Source: a candidate division WOR-3 bacterium
GTDB lineage: Bacteria > Hydrothermota > Hydrothermia > LBFQ01
Direction of reading: 5' to 3'
Assembly: GCA_039802605.1 (NCBI GenBank)
Contig: JBDRWW010000002.1
Span: 128,001 to 192,000, forward strand
Length of the DNA stretch: 64,000 nt
The position numbers were made by a program, and so were the translations under genes. Below, in pieces: positions 37,636 through 48,201 of the stretch; the stretch's first letter is position 1; every line of letters starts with the position of its first letter. Below the pieces are notes generated by a model, which was not told where the DNA came from, searched no databases, and worked only from the letters and a program-made list of their open reading frames with translations.

Positions 37636-38246
37636 TTTTCAAGGCTTTGCTTTATCTGGGAGAGCAAATCAGCGGGGGATTTTATGGGATATTTCAGGTT
37701 TTCAAGGATTTCGTTCACGCTTTTGTCCTCAATCTTCAAACCGGATAACCTTTCCTTCAACACTTCCTTTTCCACGGGGAAATCCAACCCCTTTATCCTC
37801 CTCAAAACCTCAACGGGCCAGAATATCCCCAGTGTCTCCGAAGCAACTTGTAATGCATGGGAAAATATAACGAGGTTATCCCTACCCTCTTTAACCTCTC
37901 GGTAGGCTAATTTTGCCAAACCACCCGCAGTATGGGCCCTCGGGGTTTTCTCTTCCAGCTCGCCTTCCAACTTTTTTATGACCAGTTCGGGTTCCGCCCT
38001 CAACATGTTCCTAACGGTTTGACGGGTTAAGCCCAAGAATTCCGCTATTTCCGTTTCCGTCTTCATAGCCATATCCTGTAAAACTATCGCATAAGATGCC
38101 TCCATTAAACTCGGTATCCAGGTTAGGTTCCTATACTCTATTAACTTTCTAGGACCCCCTATTATCTCAAGGGCCTTTAAAAACACCCTAATTGCCATTG
38201 CATCTATATCAAATTCCTTTATCTCATCCGGTCCAAGTATTGGCAT
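37632..38246 (-). CDS. KaiC-associated HTH regulatory protein (TIGR03879-like) with extra small C-terminal helical domain
   Basis: LTWIPSLMEASY, EIAEFLGLTRQTVRNML HTH, HTAGGLAKLAY; C-terminal LDFPVEKE...YPIKSPADL (DUF2795-like). Confidence 0.7.
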   Translation of the reverse strand: MPILGPDEIKEFDIDAMAIRVFLKALEIIGGPRKLIEYRNLTWIPSLMEASYAIVLQDMAMKTETEIAEFLGLTRQTVRNMLRAEPELVIKKLEGELEEKTPRAHTAGGLAKLAYREVKEGRDNLVIFSHALQVASETLGIFWPVEVLRRIKGLDFPVEKEVLKERLSGLKIEDKSVNEILENLKYPIKSPADLLSQIKQSLEK

Positions 38247-38247
38247 A

Positions 38248-39087
38248 TTACACCTCCTTTTTTGTCAAACTTGGCATAAAAAGCCCCGACCCCGGTCTTA
38301 AAGGGTTTGAAGGTTGGGGGTATAAGTTCATAAGTTCATAAACCTCGGCCGGCACATTGGTACTGACCTTTAAACCCAACTCCTTTAATTTTTCGTAAGT
38401 TATCGGATAGTCATGCGTCCAAACTCCTGAGGATAAAACCCTTGCCAATTCCTTAGATTTATCATCCCCATACTTATCCCTCAAAAGTTCAAAAACAAAA
38501 TCCTCAACCTGTTTTATGGCCTTTTTTGCCACATCGGCGAACAAGAGTAGTTTATCTCCAACCTTATCGGGATGCTCTTCTACGGTTCTAACAATTGAAG
38601 GAGCTGGGACAACGCCCATATCGGGTATCTGGATTTGGGGATCCACAGGCCCCAGAACGGCATTTGGATCCATTATTATCTCATCGGCCGCCAATGCTAT
38701 CAATGTGCCCCCACTCATGGCGTAATGGGGTATTATAACCGTGGTTTTCGCCGGATGACTTTTTAAAGCCTTGGCTATTTGTGTGGCGGCCAGCAGTAAT
38801 CCCCCGGGTGTGTGTATTATTAGGTCTATCGGCATATCCTTTGGTGTATTCCTTATTTCTCTCAATATTTCCTCGGAATCTTCAATGTTTATAAACCGCA
38901 TTATGGGTATTCCGAAAAACAGGAATTGCTCTTGTCTGTGTACTAAAAGCAAAACCCTGCTTTTCCTTCTTGTTTGCAGCCTCCTTATAACCTCCAACCT
39001 TTTATTCCGGATAATATCGTATTGTATTCTTGGCATTATAAGGCTCCACAGAATCAATGTCCAAAATAAAAGTCCTATTAACTCCAT
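38248..39087 (-). CDS. SDH-family ClpP-fold serine protease, membrane anchored
   Basis: N-terminal TM; HTPGG, AMSGGTLIALAADEI, LGPVDPQ, WTHDYP. Confidence 0.9.
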   Translation of the reverse strand: MELIGLLFWTLILWSLIMPRIQYDIIRNKRLEVIRRLQTRRKSRVLLLVHRQEQFLFFGIPIMRFINIEDSEEILREIRNTPKDMPIDLIIHTPGGLLLAATQIAKALKSHPAKTTVIIPHYAMSGGTLIALAADEIIMDPNAVLGPVDPQIQIPDMGVVPAPSIVRTVEEHPDKVGDKLLLFADVAKKAIKQVEDFVFELLRDKYGDDKSKELARVLSSGVWTHDYPITYEKLKELGLKVSTNVPAEVYELMNLYPQPSNPLRPGSGLFMPSLTKKEV

Positions 39088-39089
39088 AC

Positions 39090-39965
39090 CTATTTCTTTT
39101 CCCTTTTAAGCAACTCCTTTAAACTCGGCCCTATTCTAATTAAACCCGTTTCTGTTATCTCCATTATATGCGTTGATGTGTCGTGTCCGCACATTCTACA
39201 ACCGTCTATCCTAAAAAACCTAATTATTTCACCTATTGGTAACCCGTAAAGCCTTTCATCGTATCTGCTCAATATGGTTTGTTTTGACATAACCATTGTG
39301 CAATCAACTATATGGCTAACCGCATAACCACCGGCCGCCTCCGCGGACAGTTCCTCATGCCCGGATCTCTTTTGTGATACGAATAAAGCCGTTTGATACC
39401 ACTTTTTCATAAAGTTAAAGAGTTGCCTTACAATACTCCTCGCCATCATTTCCCTGGCCTCGTAGAGGCCGGTAACGGAATCTATGATTACAAAGTTGGA
39501 TTTGTATTTTCTTATCGCATAGGCCAACGTGTCCAAGAGTGCCGGTATGTTTTCCCTTAAAGTATGGTATGAAGCCGCATCAATAATAACTATGTTTTCC
39601 TCTATTTTGTTCTCATCTATGCCCATAGATTTTGCCCTTTCCTTCAAAGACATTGAAACAAAGGGTGCGGGGGTTTCAACGGTGATAAATATAACAACAT
39701 CGCCTTCGGACGCCCTCTTTACCGCGAACTGCTCAACGAACAGGGATTTTCCGGTATCGGATACACCCGTTATGTTTATCACCGCATACTTAGGAATTCC
39801 CCCCAAGGGTATTTTTTTCGCCTTTCCATCAACGATTTTTGATGTGAAGAACATACCGTCCAAACCCTCTACACCCGTAGGTACCCCTTCAAGTTTTGGG
39901 GCATCCTTACCGGCCTCCTTTAATGTTAAAAGACTTTCTATAACCGGTTTGTGTTGTTCGGACAT
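39090..39965 (-). CDS. Single-domain KaiC-like ATPase (AF_0795/TIGR03878-like)
   Basis: VPTGVEGLD, GVSDTGKS, IIDSVT, SQKR, AAGGYAVSHIVD, RIDGCR. Confidence 0.85.
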   Translation of the reverse strand: MSEQHKPVIESLLTLKEAGKDAPKLEGVPTGVEGLDGMFFTSKIVDGKAKKIPLGGIPKYAVINITGVSDTGKSLFVEQFAVKRASEGDVVIFITVETPAPFVSMSLKERAKSMGIDENKIEENIVIIDAASYHTLRENIPALLDTLAYAIRKYKSNFVIIDSVTGLYEAREMMARSIVRQLFNFMKKWYQTALFVSQKRSGHEELSAEAAGGYAVSHIVDCTMVMSKQTILSRYDERLYGLPIGEIIRFFRIDGCRMCGHDTSTHIMEITETGLIRIGPSLKELLKREKK

Positions 39966-39987
39966 CCGAGAATTATAAAGCGGTTTT

Positions 39988-40503
39988 TTAAAAAACCTTT
40001 ATCTCTACCTGCCTATAACTACTACCAACGCCTTCCGCCCTACTATCCCCATAGGATACCGCCTTTAACTTTTTTGAATCTATACCTCTACTTATCATAT
40101 ACCTAACTATTGCGGCGGCCCTTGCACCCGCCAACTCCCAATTCGTAGGGTATTTATCCTTATTGGTCTGCACCGGACTTTTATCGGTATAAACTCCCAC
40201 CTCTATCCCGTTAAATCCGCTTTGTAATAATTCCTTCACCAAACTGTCCATTTTTTCCTTACCACCCTTTGATATTTCAATACTTCCTGGCTCAAATACT
40301 TCATCGGAAGGAATGACTATCGTTAAAACGCTATCGGAAGAGGTGGATCTGCTTTCCGATAAACTCCTCAACAGGTTTAGATTTTCTTCGTTTAAATCCT
40401 TTATGACCTTTTCCAAGGTGGGTATTCTGACAAACCAAAGGTATCCGCTAAAACCTATGCTCAGTATAAACAGTATATAAACGAGAACCCTTATAACCCT
40501 CAT
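39988..40503 (-). CDS. OmpA/MotB-family peptidoglycan-binding membrane protein
   Basis: N-terminal TM; YTD, NWELAGARAAAI, SYGDSR. Confidence 0.85.
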   Translation of the reverse strand: MRVIRVLVYILFILSIGFSGYLWFVRIPTLEKVIKDLNEENLNLLRSLSESRSTSSDSVLTIVIPSDEVFEPGSIEISKGGKEKMDSLVKELLQSGFNGIEVGVYTDKSPVQTNKDKYPTNWELAGARAAAIVRYMISRGIDSKKLKAVSYGDSRAEGVGSSYRQVEIKVF

Positions 40504-41681
40504 TCAACCAACTCAACGGCCATGGCTACTGAACCGCCACCCCCAAGGCAGAGGGCGGCCAACCCCCTTTTGCCTCCGGTTCTCCTCAAAGCGTATATTA
40601 AGGTGGTTAATATCCTCGCGCCGGATGCCCCTATGGGATGGCCTAAGGCTATCGCTCCGCCGTGGATGTTAAACTTCTCCCAATCCCATTGGAGTTCCTT
40701 GTGGTCCGCGAGAACTTGGGCCGCAAAAGCCTCGTTTATCTCTATAAGGTCAAACTCGTTTATGTGTTTGTATCCGAGCTTTTCCAAAACCTTCTTAATT
40801 GCTATTGTGGGGGCAAAAAACAGGTTTTTCGGTTCCGTAAATCCGCTCGCGTATGTTAAAACCCTCGCCAAAGGCTTTAATCCGTTCTTTTCCGCAAACT
40901 CCAAAGAAGACAATACCAATGCGGATGCCCCATCGGATAGGGGAGGGGCGTTTCCGGCGGTAACCGTTCCGTCCTTTTCAAATGCGGGCTTTAAAGTGGC
41001 CAATATTTCGGGGCTCGTATCCCTCCTCGGGGTTTCGTCGGTATCAACCATAACGGTTCCATTTTTTGTTTTAACCTCTATGGGAATTATTTCATCCTTA
41101 AACCAACCGTTATCAATGGCCTGAATGGCCTTCCTATGACTTTCGTATGCCAACCAGTCCTGCCGTTCGCGCGTTATACCGGCAACCCTTGCGGTATATT
41201 CCGCCAAGTTCCCCATATGGGTGTTTTCAAAGGCACACCAAAGTCCGTCCTTTATCATTAAATCTTCTAAGGACAACGACCCGTATTTTACACCTGACCT
41301 TATAAAGGCCGCGTGTGGGGAATTTGTCATAGACTCTTGACCCCCGGCAACCCCCACATCTATATCCCCAACCCTAATGGCCCTTGCTATCTGTATAACG
41401 GCCTCTAAACCAGAACCGCAAACCTTATTAACGGTTTCCGCCGGAACCGTTGGGGGTAATCCCGCCTTTAAGGCCGATTGCCTTGCGGGGTTTTGACCGC
41501 TCCCACCCTGAATAACCTGCCCCATAATAACCTCTTCTATTCTTTCCGGTGAAACCCCCGACCTTTTAACGGCCTCCTTTATGACCAAGGCGCCCAAGTC
41601 GGTTGCTTTAAACTGGGCCAAATTACCCAAAATTTTCCCAATAGGGGTTCTTACCGCAGAGAGTATTACCACATCCCTCAT
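40500..41681 (-). CDS. Acetyl-CoA C-acetyltransferase (thiolase)
   Basis: NKVCGSG, NEAFA, GHPIGASG, LCLGGG; start 41681 follows TAAACT. Confidence 0.95.
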   Translation of the reverse strand: MRDVVILSAVRTPIGKILGNLAQFKATDLGALVIKEAVKRSGVSPERIEEVIMGQVIQGGSGQNPARQSALKAGLPPTVPAETVNKVCGSGLEAVIQIARAIRVGDIDVGVAGGQESMTNSPHAAFIRSGVKYGSLSLEDLMIKDGLWCAFENTHMGNLAEYTARVAGITRERQDWLAYESHRKAIQAIDNGWFKDEIIPIEVKTKNGTVMVDTDETPRRDTSPEILATLKPAFEKDGTVTAGNAPPLSDGASALVLSSLEFAEKNGLKPLARVLTYASGFTEPKNLFFAPTIAIKKVLEKLGYKHINEFDLIEINEAFAAQVLADHKELQWDWEKFNIHGGAIALGHPIGASGARILTTLIYALRRTGGKRGLAALCLGGGGSVAMAVELVE

Positions 41682-41733
41682 AATCCGCATAGTTTAAAGG
41701 TGATAAATTTCCCACCTTAGAATTTTCAACCGT

Positions 41734-43914
41734 ATGTTTCGCAAATACAGGGAAGACCTCTTGTTTTTTGCCTTCTCGGTGGTTTCAACCTTGGTATTCT
41801 TTTTTCCCGGATGGATTAAAGGGAATATGTTTATAATGACGGATTTTTTAACCGCCACATATCCCTTTCACAAAATGGCATCGGAATTACCCATACCCAA
41901 ATGGGACCCTTATATCTTTGGTGGAATGCCCTTTTGGGGTGCCCCACATGCGGATGTGTTTTATATAAACCAGATTTTTAGGTTTATAACGGATCCGGGG
42001 CATGCGGCATCTTTATCAATGGTTTTCCATTCAATTTGGGCTTACATATTCGGTTATCTGTTTTTAAGAAAACTCGGTGTTGATAAAGGATGGGCGTTTC
42101 TATTATCGGTTGCGTATTCAACCGCAACATTTTGGACGAGTTTGGTTTTCAGCGGGCATTTGGCAAAGATGTCAATAATTTGCAATCTTCCCGCAATATT
42201 TTGGGCGTTAGAAGGTACCTTGGAAGGAAAAGTGAAATACGCCGCACTCCTCGGATTATTTGCCGGTATAACTACAAACGCGGGGCATGCCCAATTGATC
42301 TATTACACATTTATAGCGGTTCTCATTTATGCTTTGGGGTGGATAATATATTCTTTAAGGCAAAGGGAATACAATAAGGTTTTAAAGGTGGTTTTATACG
42401 GGGTTTTCTCGCTGGCAATAGCAATAGCCATAAGTTCCCCGTTCCTGTGGAATCAATGGGAGTATATAAGGGAGTATTCTCTGAGGGGTGAGGTTAAGGG
42501 AATAGAGTTTTCAAAGAGTTGGTCTTTGGATTGGGCAGACTTTTTCTCCATGTTCTTTGGAATGTATTCCGGGGTATTTGAGAATTACTGGGGTTCAAAT
42601 CCCTTTAAGATAAACAGCGAGTATTTAGGGGCGATATTGGTATTCTTTGGAATTATCGGAATTATAACAAACTTTAAGAATTGGAGGGTTATTTCGTTAT
42701 CCCTTGCGGCGTTTATACTCTTTGTTTTAATGACGGCAAAGGTGAATCCCCTATTTCCATTGTTTTATGAGTTTTTCCCTATGGTAAAACTTTTTAGGGC
42801 ACAATCAATGGCCTCGGGTGTCTTTGGGTTTTTGATTTTTGCACTCGGGGCCTTTGCCTTCAAGGATATTGAAAGGTTAAAGGAATTGGCGCCAAGGGTT
42901 ATAATAGGCGGGTTGATAGTTGCATTGTTCCTGTTAATGTTTGGGAAGTCTTTAACGGTTTGGGGTCTTGAAAGCGATATGCAGAGATTGGCGATATTCT
43001 CGGCAACATCAACCGACAGGTTTTTTGCAATAAGTAAAACACTGGTTATATGGTTTCTGGCGTATATGATTATAAGGGGAAATACAAAATCCCCAAGCAC
43101 ACCGTTATTTTTGGCGATTATTGGATTTGCCGACAACTTTTTGGGTAAATCCACATTTTATAAACCCATAAACGAAAATGCATATTTTGCAAAGGACGAT
43201 ATAGCAGCATACCTTGAAGGAAACAGAGGAATTTATAGGGTTTTGGATTTGGGGTACAAGATGGACGATAACTATTTGGTTTTATTCGGGATACAAATGG
43301 TTGGAGGACACCACGGGCAACATATGAAGACTTATTACGAATATTTGAAGTGTGAGGGGCTAATGTTTAATCCGTTTTTGTGCGAAAAGATAAGAAACAA
43401 TCCCGAAGTATTGGATACCCTTGGGGTTAAATTCGTAATAGCACCAATGGGTCTAAAGGGGGAAGTACAAAACTACCCAGAATTTTCAAAGTTTGGGGAA
43501 TACATCCAAAAGTATAAAGCCGTATATTCAAACCAAAGGTTTGAGATATTAAAAAATCCGGATTATTTCCCGAGGTTTTTCCTTATGTGTGGGGATAGCG
43601 TGGAAAAAAACATTAAGGTCTTAAACTACTATCCAAGGGGGGGATTTTACGAAGTTGAGTATTCTTCGGATAAACCTTGCAAACTCGTATTAACGGAAAA
43701 TTATTACCACCATTGGAAGGCTTTTGTTGACGGTAAAGCCACAAATGTTGAAAGGTTTAGGGGAACATTCATGGCTATAAATGCCCCTATCGGAAGGCAT
43801 AGGGTTAAGTTCATATACGAAAGTCCCCTAGAAAACCTTACATTAAATCTGTTTTTCGTGGGTATAGCGGTTTCCCTTGCCGGATTTTTGATAGGATGGA
43901 GGTTTAGAATATGA
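41734..43914 (+). CDS. YfhO-family (GT-C-like) multipass membrane protein
   Basis: WDPYIFGGMPF, AGHAQLIYY, C-terminal LVLTENYY.HWKAFVDG...GRHRVKFIY. Confidence 0.8.
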   Translation: MFRKYREDLLFFAFSVVSTLVFFFPGWIKGNMFIMTDFLTATYPFHKMASELPIPKWDPYIFGGMPFWGAPHADVFYINQIFRFITDPGHAASLSMVFHSIWAYIFGYLFLRKLGVDKGWAFLLSVAYSTATFWTSLVFSGHLAKMSIICNLPAIFWALEGTLEGKVKYAALLGLFAGITTNAGHAQLIYYTFIAVLIYALGWIIYSLRQREYNKVLKVVLYGVFSLAIAIAISSPFLWNQWEYIREYSLRGEVKGIEFSKSWSLDWADFFSMFFGMYSGVFENYWGSNPFKINSEYLGAILVFFGIIGIITNFKNWRVISLSLAAFILFVLMTAKVNPLFPLFYEFFPMVKLFRAQSMASGVFGFLIFALGAFAFKDIERLKELAPRVIIGGLIVALFLLMFGKSLTVWGLESDMQRLAIFSATSTDRFFAISKTLVIWFLAYMIIRGNTKSPSTPLFLAIIGFADNFLGKSTFYKPINENAYFAKDDIAAYLEGNRGIYRVLDLGYKMDDNYLVLFGIQMVGGHHGQHMKTYYEYLKCEGLMFNPFLCEKIRNNPEVLDTLGVKFVIAPMGLKGEVQNYPEFSKFGEYIQKYKAVYSNQRFEILKNPDYFPRFFLMCGDSVEKNIKVLNYYPRGGFYEVEYSSDKPCKLVLTENYYHHWKAFVDGKATNVERFRGTFMAINAPIGRHRVKFIYESPLENLTLNLFFVGIAVSLAGFLIGWRFRI

Positions 43915-44126
43915 GCCAATTATCCTTTTTGTTTGCCGGTTTGTTTCTCCTAAGCATATTTTTATACCTGTTCTTTCCCGAGAGGATAAAGTTATGGGTT
44001 ATCTTGGGGCTTTCCTCCCTTGGTGCAACTTTAATGGGTTTTTGGGGTTATAAGGATCCGTATATAATCGCTACATTTTTGGTGGTCCTAATACTATCGT
44101 CCATAGGGGCATTAATAAAAAAATAG
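43911..44126 (+). CDS. Small hydrophobic membrane protein
   Basis: 71 aa, 3 TM, ATGA overlap. Confidence 0.6.
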   Translation: MSQLSFLFAGLFLLSIFLYLFFPERIKLWVILGLSSLGATLMGFWGYKDPYIIATFLVVLILSSIGALIKK

Positions 44127-44144
44127 GGGGGCTTTAAGCCCCCC
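44126..44144. terminator. Bidirectional intrinsic terminator
   Basis: GGGGGGCT-TTA-AGCCCCCC stem-loop flanked by an A-run and ATTTT, between convergent genes. Confidence 0.8.
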
Positions 44145-44169
44145 ATTTTCAGGTTTTTGCGCGAAACTT

Positions 44170-46248
44170 TTACCGTATTATCACCTTTAACACCCTATCC
44201 CCAGCTTTCACGAAGTATATTCCGCCTTTACGGAAGGTGTATTTCTTGTTGAATTCCGCAACCTTTCTACCCGTTATATCGTATATAACACCGGAACCGT
44301 TGAAAGTTATCGTCCTTCCAAAAACCTCTATACCCTCAAACCTACTACTCATAACACTTTCGGAAACGCCTAGCTGATCGCAGTAAAATCCAGTGGCCAT
44401 TTTTACCAATGTGTTGCTCGGGTCGTTTATGGTTATGAAGGCAAATATTGGGGCGGTACTATCTGGGCAGTAATTCCAAACATCAACATCCGCCATATTA
44501 ACCATATCGGCGCTGTCGTTTACGGCTAAGGAACTCCTTATTATGCTGTAAATCATATTCTGGTTCCAACCGCCGTAATATATTCTATCCGCCTCCGGGA
44601 AAGAACTTATACCCCTAAGGGATATACCCGTGTGGTTGGGTATTGTGCCGGTACTCGTGTAGGTAATTGGGTCTATCTTGTATATATTGTTTGATCCGCC
44701 AACATAAACACCCAATACGACATTATCAACCCTATCGTAATCCATACCCGCCATCCACCAACCACTTTCAATATTTGCCCATATGTCAAAGCTATCTATG
44801 AGATTGCCATTGCCATCGTATATACCCATCTTGTTCCCAATAAAGGAAGAACCATCAAATCCTACATGGGATACCCAGAATTTTCCATTAACATACGCTA
44901 TACCCCAAGGTATGTCGTATGTACCGAAGAATGGGCGAAGGGTCCATGTCGTAACCATACTAAATGTCCCCGATGGGTTTGTCGGGTCAAATTTAAACAC
45001 TCTTGAAGGCGGATTCATGGTTATTACATAAAACTTACCGCTATCAGGTGCGTAGGTTATGCCCGCAAAGCTATAACCGCTACCATCCCCCAAGCTCGGG
45101 AATGTCCAAATTCCGAGGATATCCCCGAATATGTAATAAGTTCTGAGTATTCCCGAGAGGGTATCGTTGTCATGAACCGTATCCATAGGCTCCCCGGCAA
45201 TTACAACCGCGCGGTAAAAGGACCTAGGAGAGGGCGTAAATGGATCAAATGTTATGTTATTGGATGTTAAAGCGGGTATTGAGGCCAATTGGGTATCGGC
45301 AAAAACCAATGTACTCGTGGTTGTATCATAAACGAAAAGGTATATTGGGGAGTTTGTGGTATTTACATTTCCGTTGTTCCTTACCGTGGCAACTATGCTT
45401 ATGGGTGCAACATCAACCGAACCTAAGGGTGTAATATCAACAACCCTCAGATCGTAATCAATGGGTGTCGGTGGTTGGAAAAGTATTGCGGTTCCGCTGT
45501 CGGGTATATGCCCGGAGGGCGATCCGTTATAAACGTATTGCAAGTACCATGTTGGATTTGTTCCAGCAGCCGCCGTAGAATCCTGAATACCAATAGTTGC
45601 ATCACCGTAATCTATGGTACTGTTGTATTGTAGCTTTATATTCCCGTTATCGTAAATGATTACCTGGAAGGTCATAAAGATGGCCCTACCGTAAATAGGA
45701 ACATCGTTCCACTGAACAACCGCACACGCTCCGGAATACCCATCGGGACAGGTGGAAAACGATTGGAAATATATGTCATCCGCACCAGATGCCGCGGGGT
45801 TCAAATCATCCCACATCACGGCTACAAAGCCATGTTCGCCATAAGAATTACTCGGGAGGGATGTATTACTAAAACCAAGATAATCGTACTTGTTGTTGAA
45901 TACCACCGTTCCGTTTGAGCATATTGATATTGAATCCGTGGTTTTATCGTAGAATGGAAAAGTAAAGCCGAGGTAATAGAGGGTTGAAGCATTCGAACCT
46001 GAACACCAGTCATCACCAGCACCCACAGGTGTTCCCGTGGAGGATATGTCTATGAAGTTGAATGTGACCGCATCTCCATCCTGTGTGGATAGATATGTGT
46101 ATCCATAGCCATCCGGTCCTCCTCCTAGGATCCTTGGAGCTTTTACGGTGCTTCTTTTGGGAAGCACCGGCTCTACTTTTTGATATTTCGGGGCCTCATA
46201 CCCCTTGGCATTTATGAAGTTTGGTGATGCTACAAGAAACCACATCAT
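44170..46248 (-). CDS. Large secreted surface protein (NIDO-like + CARDB-like + propeller-like) with T9SS-like CTD
   Basis: GGPDGYGY, LGFTFPFY, WDDL, VATVRNNG; C-terminus IYDITGRKV...GIYFVK...KVIIR. Confidence 0.7.
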   Translation of the reverse strand: MMWFLVASPNFINAKGYEAPKYQKVEPVLPKRSTVKAPRILGGGPDGYGYTYLSTQDGDAVTFNFIDISSTGTPVGAGDDWCSGSNASTLYYLGFTFPFYDKTTDSISICSNGTVVFNNKYDYLGFSNTSLPSNSYGEHGFVAVMWDDLNPAASGADDIYFQSFSTCPDGYSGACAVVQWNDVPIYGRAIFMTFQVIIYDNGNIKLQYNSTIDYGDATIGIQDSTAAAGTNPTWYLQYVYNGSPSGHIPDSGTAILFQPPTPIDYDLRVVDITPLGSVDVAPISIVATVRNNGNVNTTNSPIYLFVYDTTTSTLVFADTQLASIPALTSNNITFDPFTPSPRSFYRAVVIAGEPMDTVHDNDTLSGILRTYYIFGDILGIWTFPSLGDGSGYSFAGITYAPDSGKFYVITMNPPSRVFKFDPTNPSGTFSMVTTWTLRPFFGTYDIPWGIAYVNGKFWVSHVGFDGSSFIGNKMGIYDGNGNLIDSFDIWANIESGWWMAGMDYDRVDNVVLGVYVGGSNNIYKIDPITYTSTGTIPNHTGISLRGISSFPEADRIYYGGWNQNMIYSIIRSSLAVNDSADMVNMADVDVWNYCPDSTAPIFAFITINDPSNTLVKMATGFYCDQLGVSESVMSSRFEGIEVFGRTITFNGSGVIYDITGRKVAEFNKKYTFRKGGIYFVKAGDRVLKVIIR

Positions 46249-46269
46249 ATAGAAGATATTATAAAGGGG

Positions 46270-47253
46270 TTATTCCTCGGCATGTGAAAAATTTTCGCCA
46301 ACAAATCCCCATGCCCCCATTTTGCGGTATTTTTTATACCTCTCCCTAAGCAATGCCCCTTTACCCTTTCTCCTCAACTCCCTGAAAGCCTTTAAGAATG
46401 TTATCTTTATTCTCCTTGCCGTTTCATCGTAATCCCTGTGAGCACCCCCTAAGGGCTCCTTTATTATCCCGTCTATTATACCAAACTTTAAAAGGTCATC
46501 GGCGGTTAGTTTTAAAATCTCAGCGGCTTCTTTGTTTTTACTCGCATCTCTAAACAATATACTCGCCGCTCCCTCCGGCGATATCACGGAATATATTGCA
46601 TATTCAAGCATATAAACCCTGTCGGCGGCCGCAATCGCCAAGGCCCCACCACTTCCACCTTCTCCGGTGATTATGGAGATTGTTGGAACCCTTATTTCCA
46701 ACATTTTTTTAATGCTATAAGCAATTGCCGAAAACTGTCCCCTTTCCTCCGCCCCTATTCCCGGATATGCACCCGGCGTATCAACGAGGGTTAAAACCGG
46801 CAAACCGAGTTTATCCGCCAAAGAAAACATCCTTATAGCCTTCCTATACCCCTCGGGATGCGCCATACCGAAATTCCTTTTAATTTTCTCCTCGGTTTCC
46901 CTTCCCTTTTGTATTCCAACAATAACAACCCCGTAATTCTCTATTTTCCCCAAGCCGGCAACTATGGCCTTATCATCCCCAAACAACCTATCCCCATGCA
47001 GCTCTATAAAATCGTCGCAAATCCTCTGAATTATATCCAAAGGGTATGGCCTGTCCGGGTGTCTTGCCAGTTGTACCTTTTGCCACCTCGTAAGGTTTGA
47101 GAATATCTCCTTTCTCAATTCTTCCAAATTCCTTTCTAACTCCTTAACCCTTTTCAAAAGGTTTTCGTCCTTTGTTTCATCCGCCTGTTTCTTTAACTTT
47201 TCTATCTCCACTTCAAGGGTGGCCAAAGGTTGTTCAAAATCCAAATATCTCAT
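46270..47253 (-). CDS. accA: Acetyl-CoA carboxylase carboxyltransferase alpha
   Basis: LARHPDRP, ELHGDR, DTPGAYPG, GEGGSGGA. Confidence 0.96.
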   Translation of the reverse strand: MRYLDFEQPLATLEVEIEKLKKQADETKDENLLKRVKELERNLEELRKEIFSNLTRWQKVQLARHPDRPYPLDIIQRICDDFIELHGDRLFGDDKAIVAGLGKIENYGVVIVGIQKGRETEEKIKRNFGMAHPEGYRKAIRMFSLADKLGLPVLTLVDTPGAYPGIGAEERGQFSAIAYSIKKMLEIRVPTISIITGEGGSGGALAIAAADRVYMLEYAIYSVISPEGAASILFRDASKNKEAAEILKLTADDLLKFGIIDGIIKEPLGGAHRDYDETARRIKITFLKAFRELRRKGKGALLRERYKKYRKMGAWGFVGENFSHAEE

Positions 47254-47265
47254 TGATTGGGCATT

Positions 47266-48201
47266 CTAAGGTTGAAAGATTTCCCAACCCCTATACACAA
47301 AACCCGTATAAACTTGTGTTAATACGGCCCCAAAGGATAGCTTTTTCTCCACATCCCTTAAAGAGAATATTCCCCCAACCCCTATTACGGGGATATTACT
47401 TATTTTTACCCATTCGGAAATCCTGGCATTTGAGATTTCAAACAAAGGTTTTCCACTCAACCCCCCGTTTTCAACCTTTAAGGTATTCGTCAGTATAACC
47501 CCATCTATATCGTTCTTCTCGCAGATTTTGGCAATTGCCTCCAAATCCTCACCCGATATTTCCGGGGCGAGTTTAACCATAACGGGTTTGTAGGGTTTTC
47601 CCCTTCTAAACCTCCAAATTTCACCCAATATAACTTCAAGATTTTCCCCCTTTTGTAGTTCCCTTAACCCCTCCGTATTCGGAGAACTAACATTTAATAC
47701 AAAATAATCGCCCAAATCGTATAACTGCCTTAAAACAAATATGTAATCCTCATAAGCCCTATCGTTTGGCGTATCCCCGTTTTTCCCTATGTTTATACCA
47801 ACCGGCACAACCCTCGGATCCTTCAAAAGCCTTTCCTTTGCAACCTTAACCCCCACATTGTTAAAACCCATACGGTTTATTAAGGCTTTTTCCCTTTCCA
47901 ACCTGAAAAGCCTAGGCCTTGGATTTCCCCGTTGCGGTAAGGGCGTTATTGTACCCACTTCAACAAATCCGAAACCAAAGGCCCCCCATAAACTCCCAAT
48001 ATCACAATTCTTATCCAAACCGGCTGCAAGCCCCAATTTTCCAAGGAATTCAATATTCCAAACCCTTGTCCTCTCCACCCTTCTACCGTTGAAAATCTCC
48101 AACAATACGGGTTTTATAAAGGATAAACCTTTAATCGTCAAATTGTGCGATATTTCCGGGTCAAGGGAGAATAGCAACTTTCTCAATAAATTATACACCA
48201 C
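47266..48201 (-). CDS. pyrD: Quinone-dependent dihydroorotate dehydrogenase
   Basis: GLAAGLDKN, INRMGFNN, NVSSPNT, GGLSG. Confidence 0.95.
   Translation of the reverse strand: MVYNLLRKLLFSLDPEISHNLTIKGLSFIKPVLLEIFNGRRVERTRVWNIEFLGKLGLAAGLDKNCDIGSLWGAFGFGFVEVGTITPLPQRGNPRPRLFRLEREKALINRMGFNNVGVKVAKERLLKDPRVVPVGINIGKNGDTPNDRAYEDYIFVLRQLYDLGDYFVLNVSSPNTEGLRELQKGENLEVILGEIWRFRRGKPYKPVMVKLAPEISGEDLEAIAKICEKNDIDGVILTNTLKVENGGLSGKPLFEISNARISEWVKISNIPVIGVGGIFSLRDVEKKLSFGAVLTQVYTGFVYRGWEIFQP

Noticed and set aside
39090..39965. Circadian clock kaiC
   Set aside because: Single ATPase domain and no kaiA/kaiB; matches the archaeal-type KaiC-like family instead.
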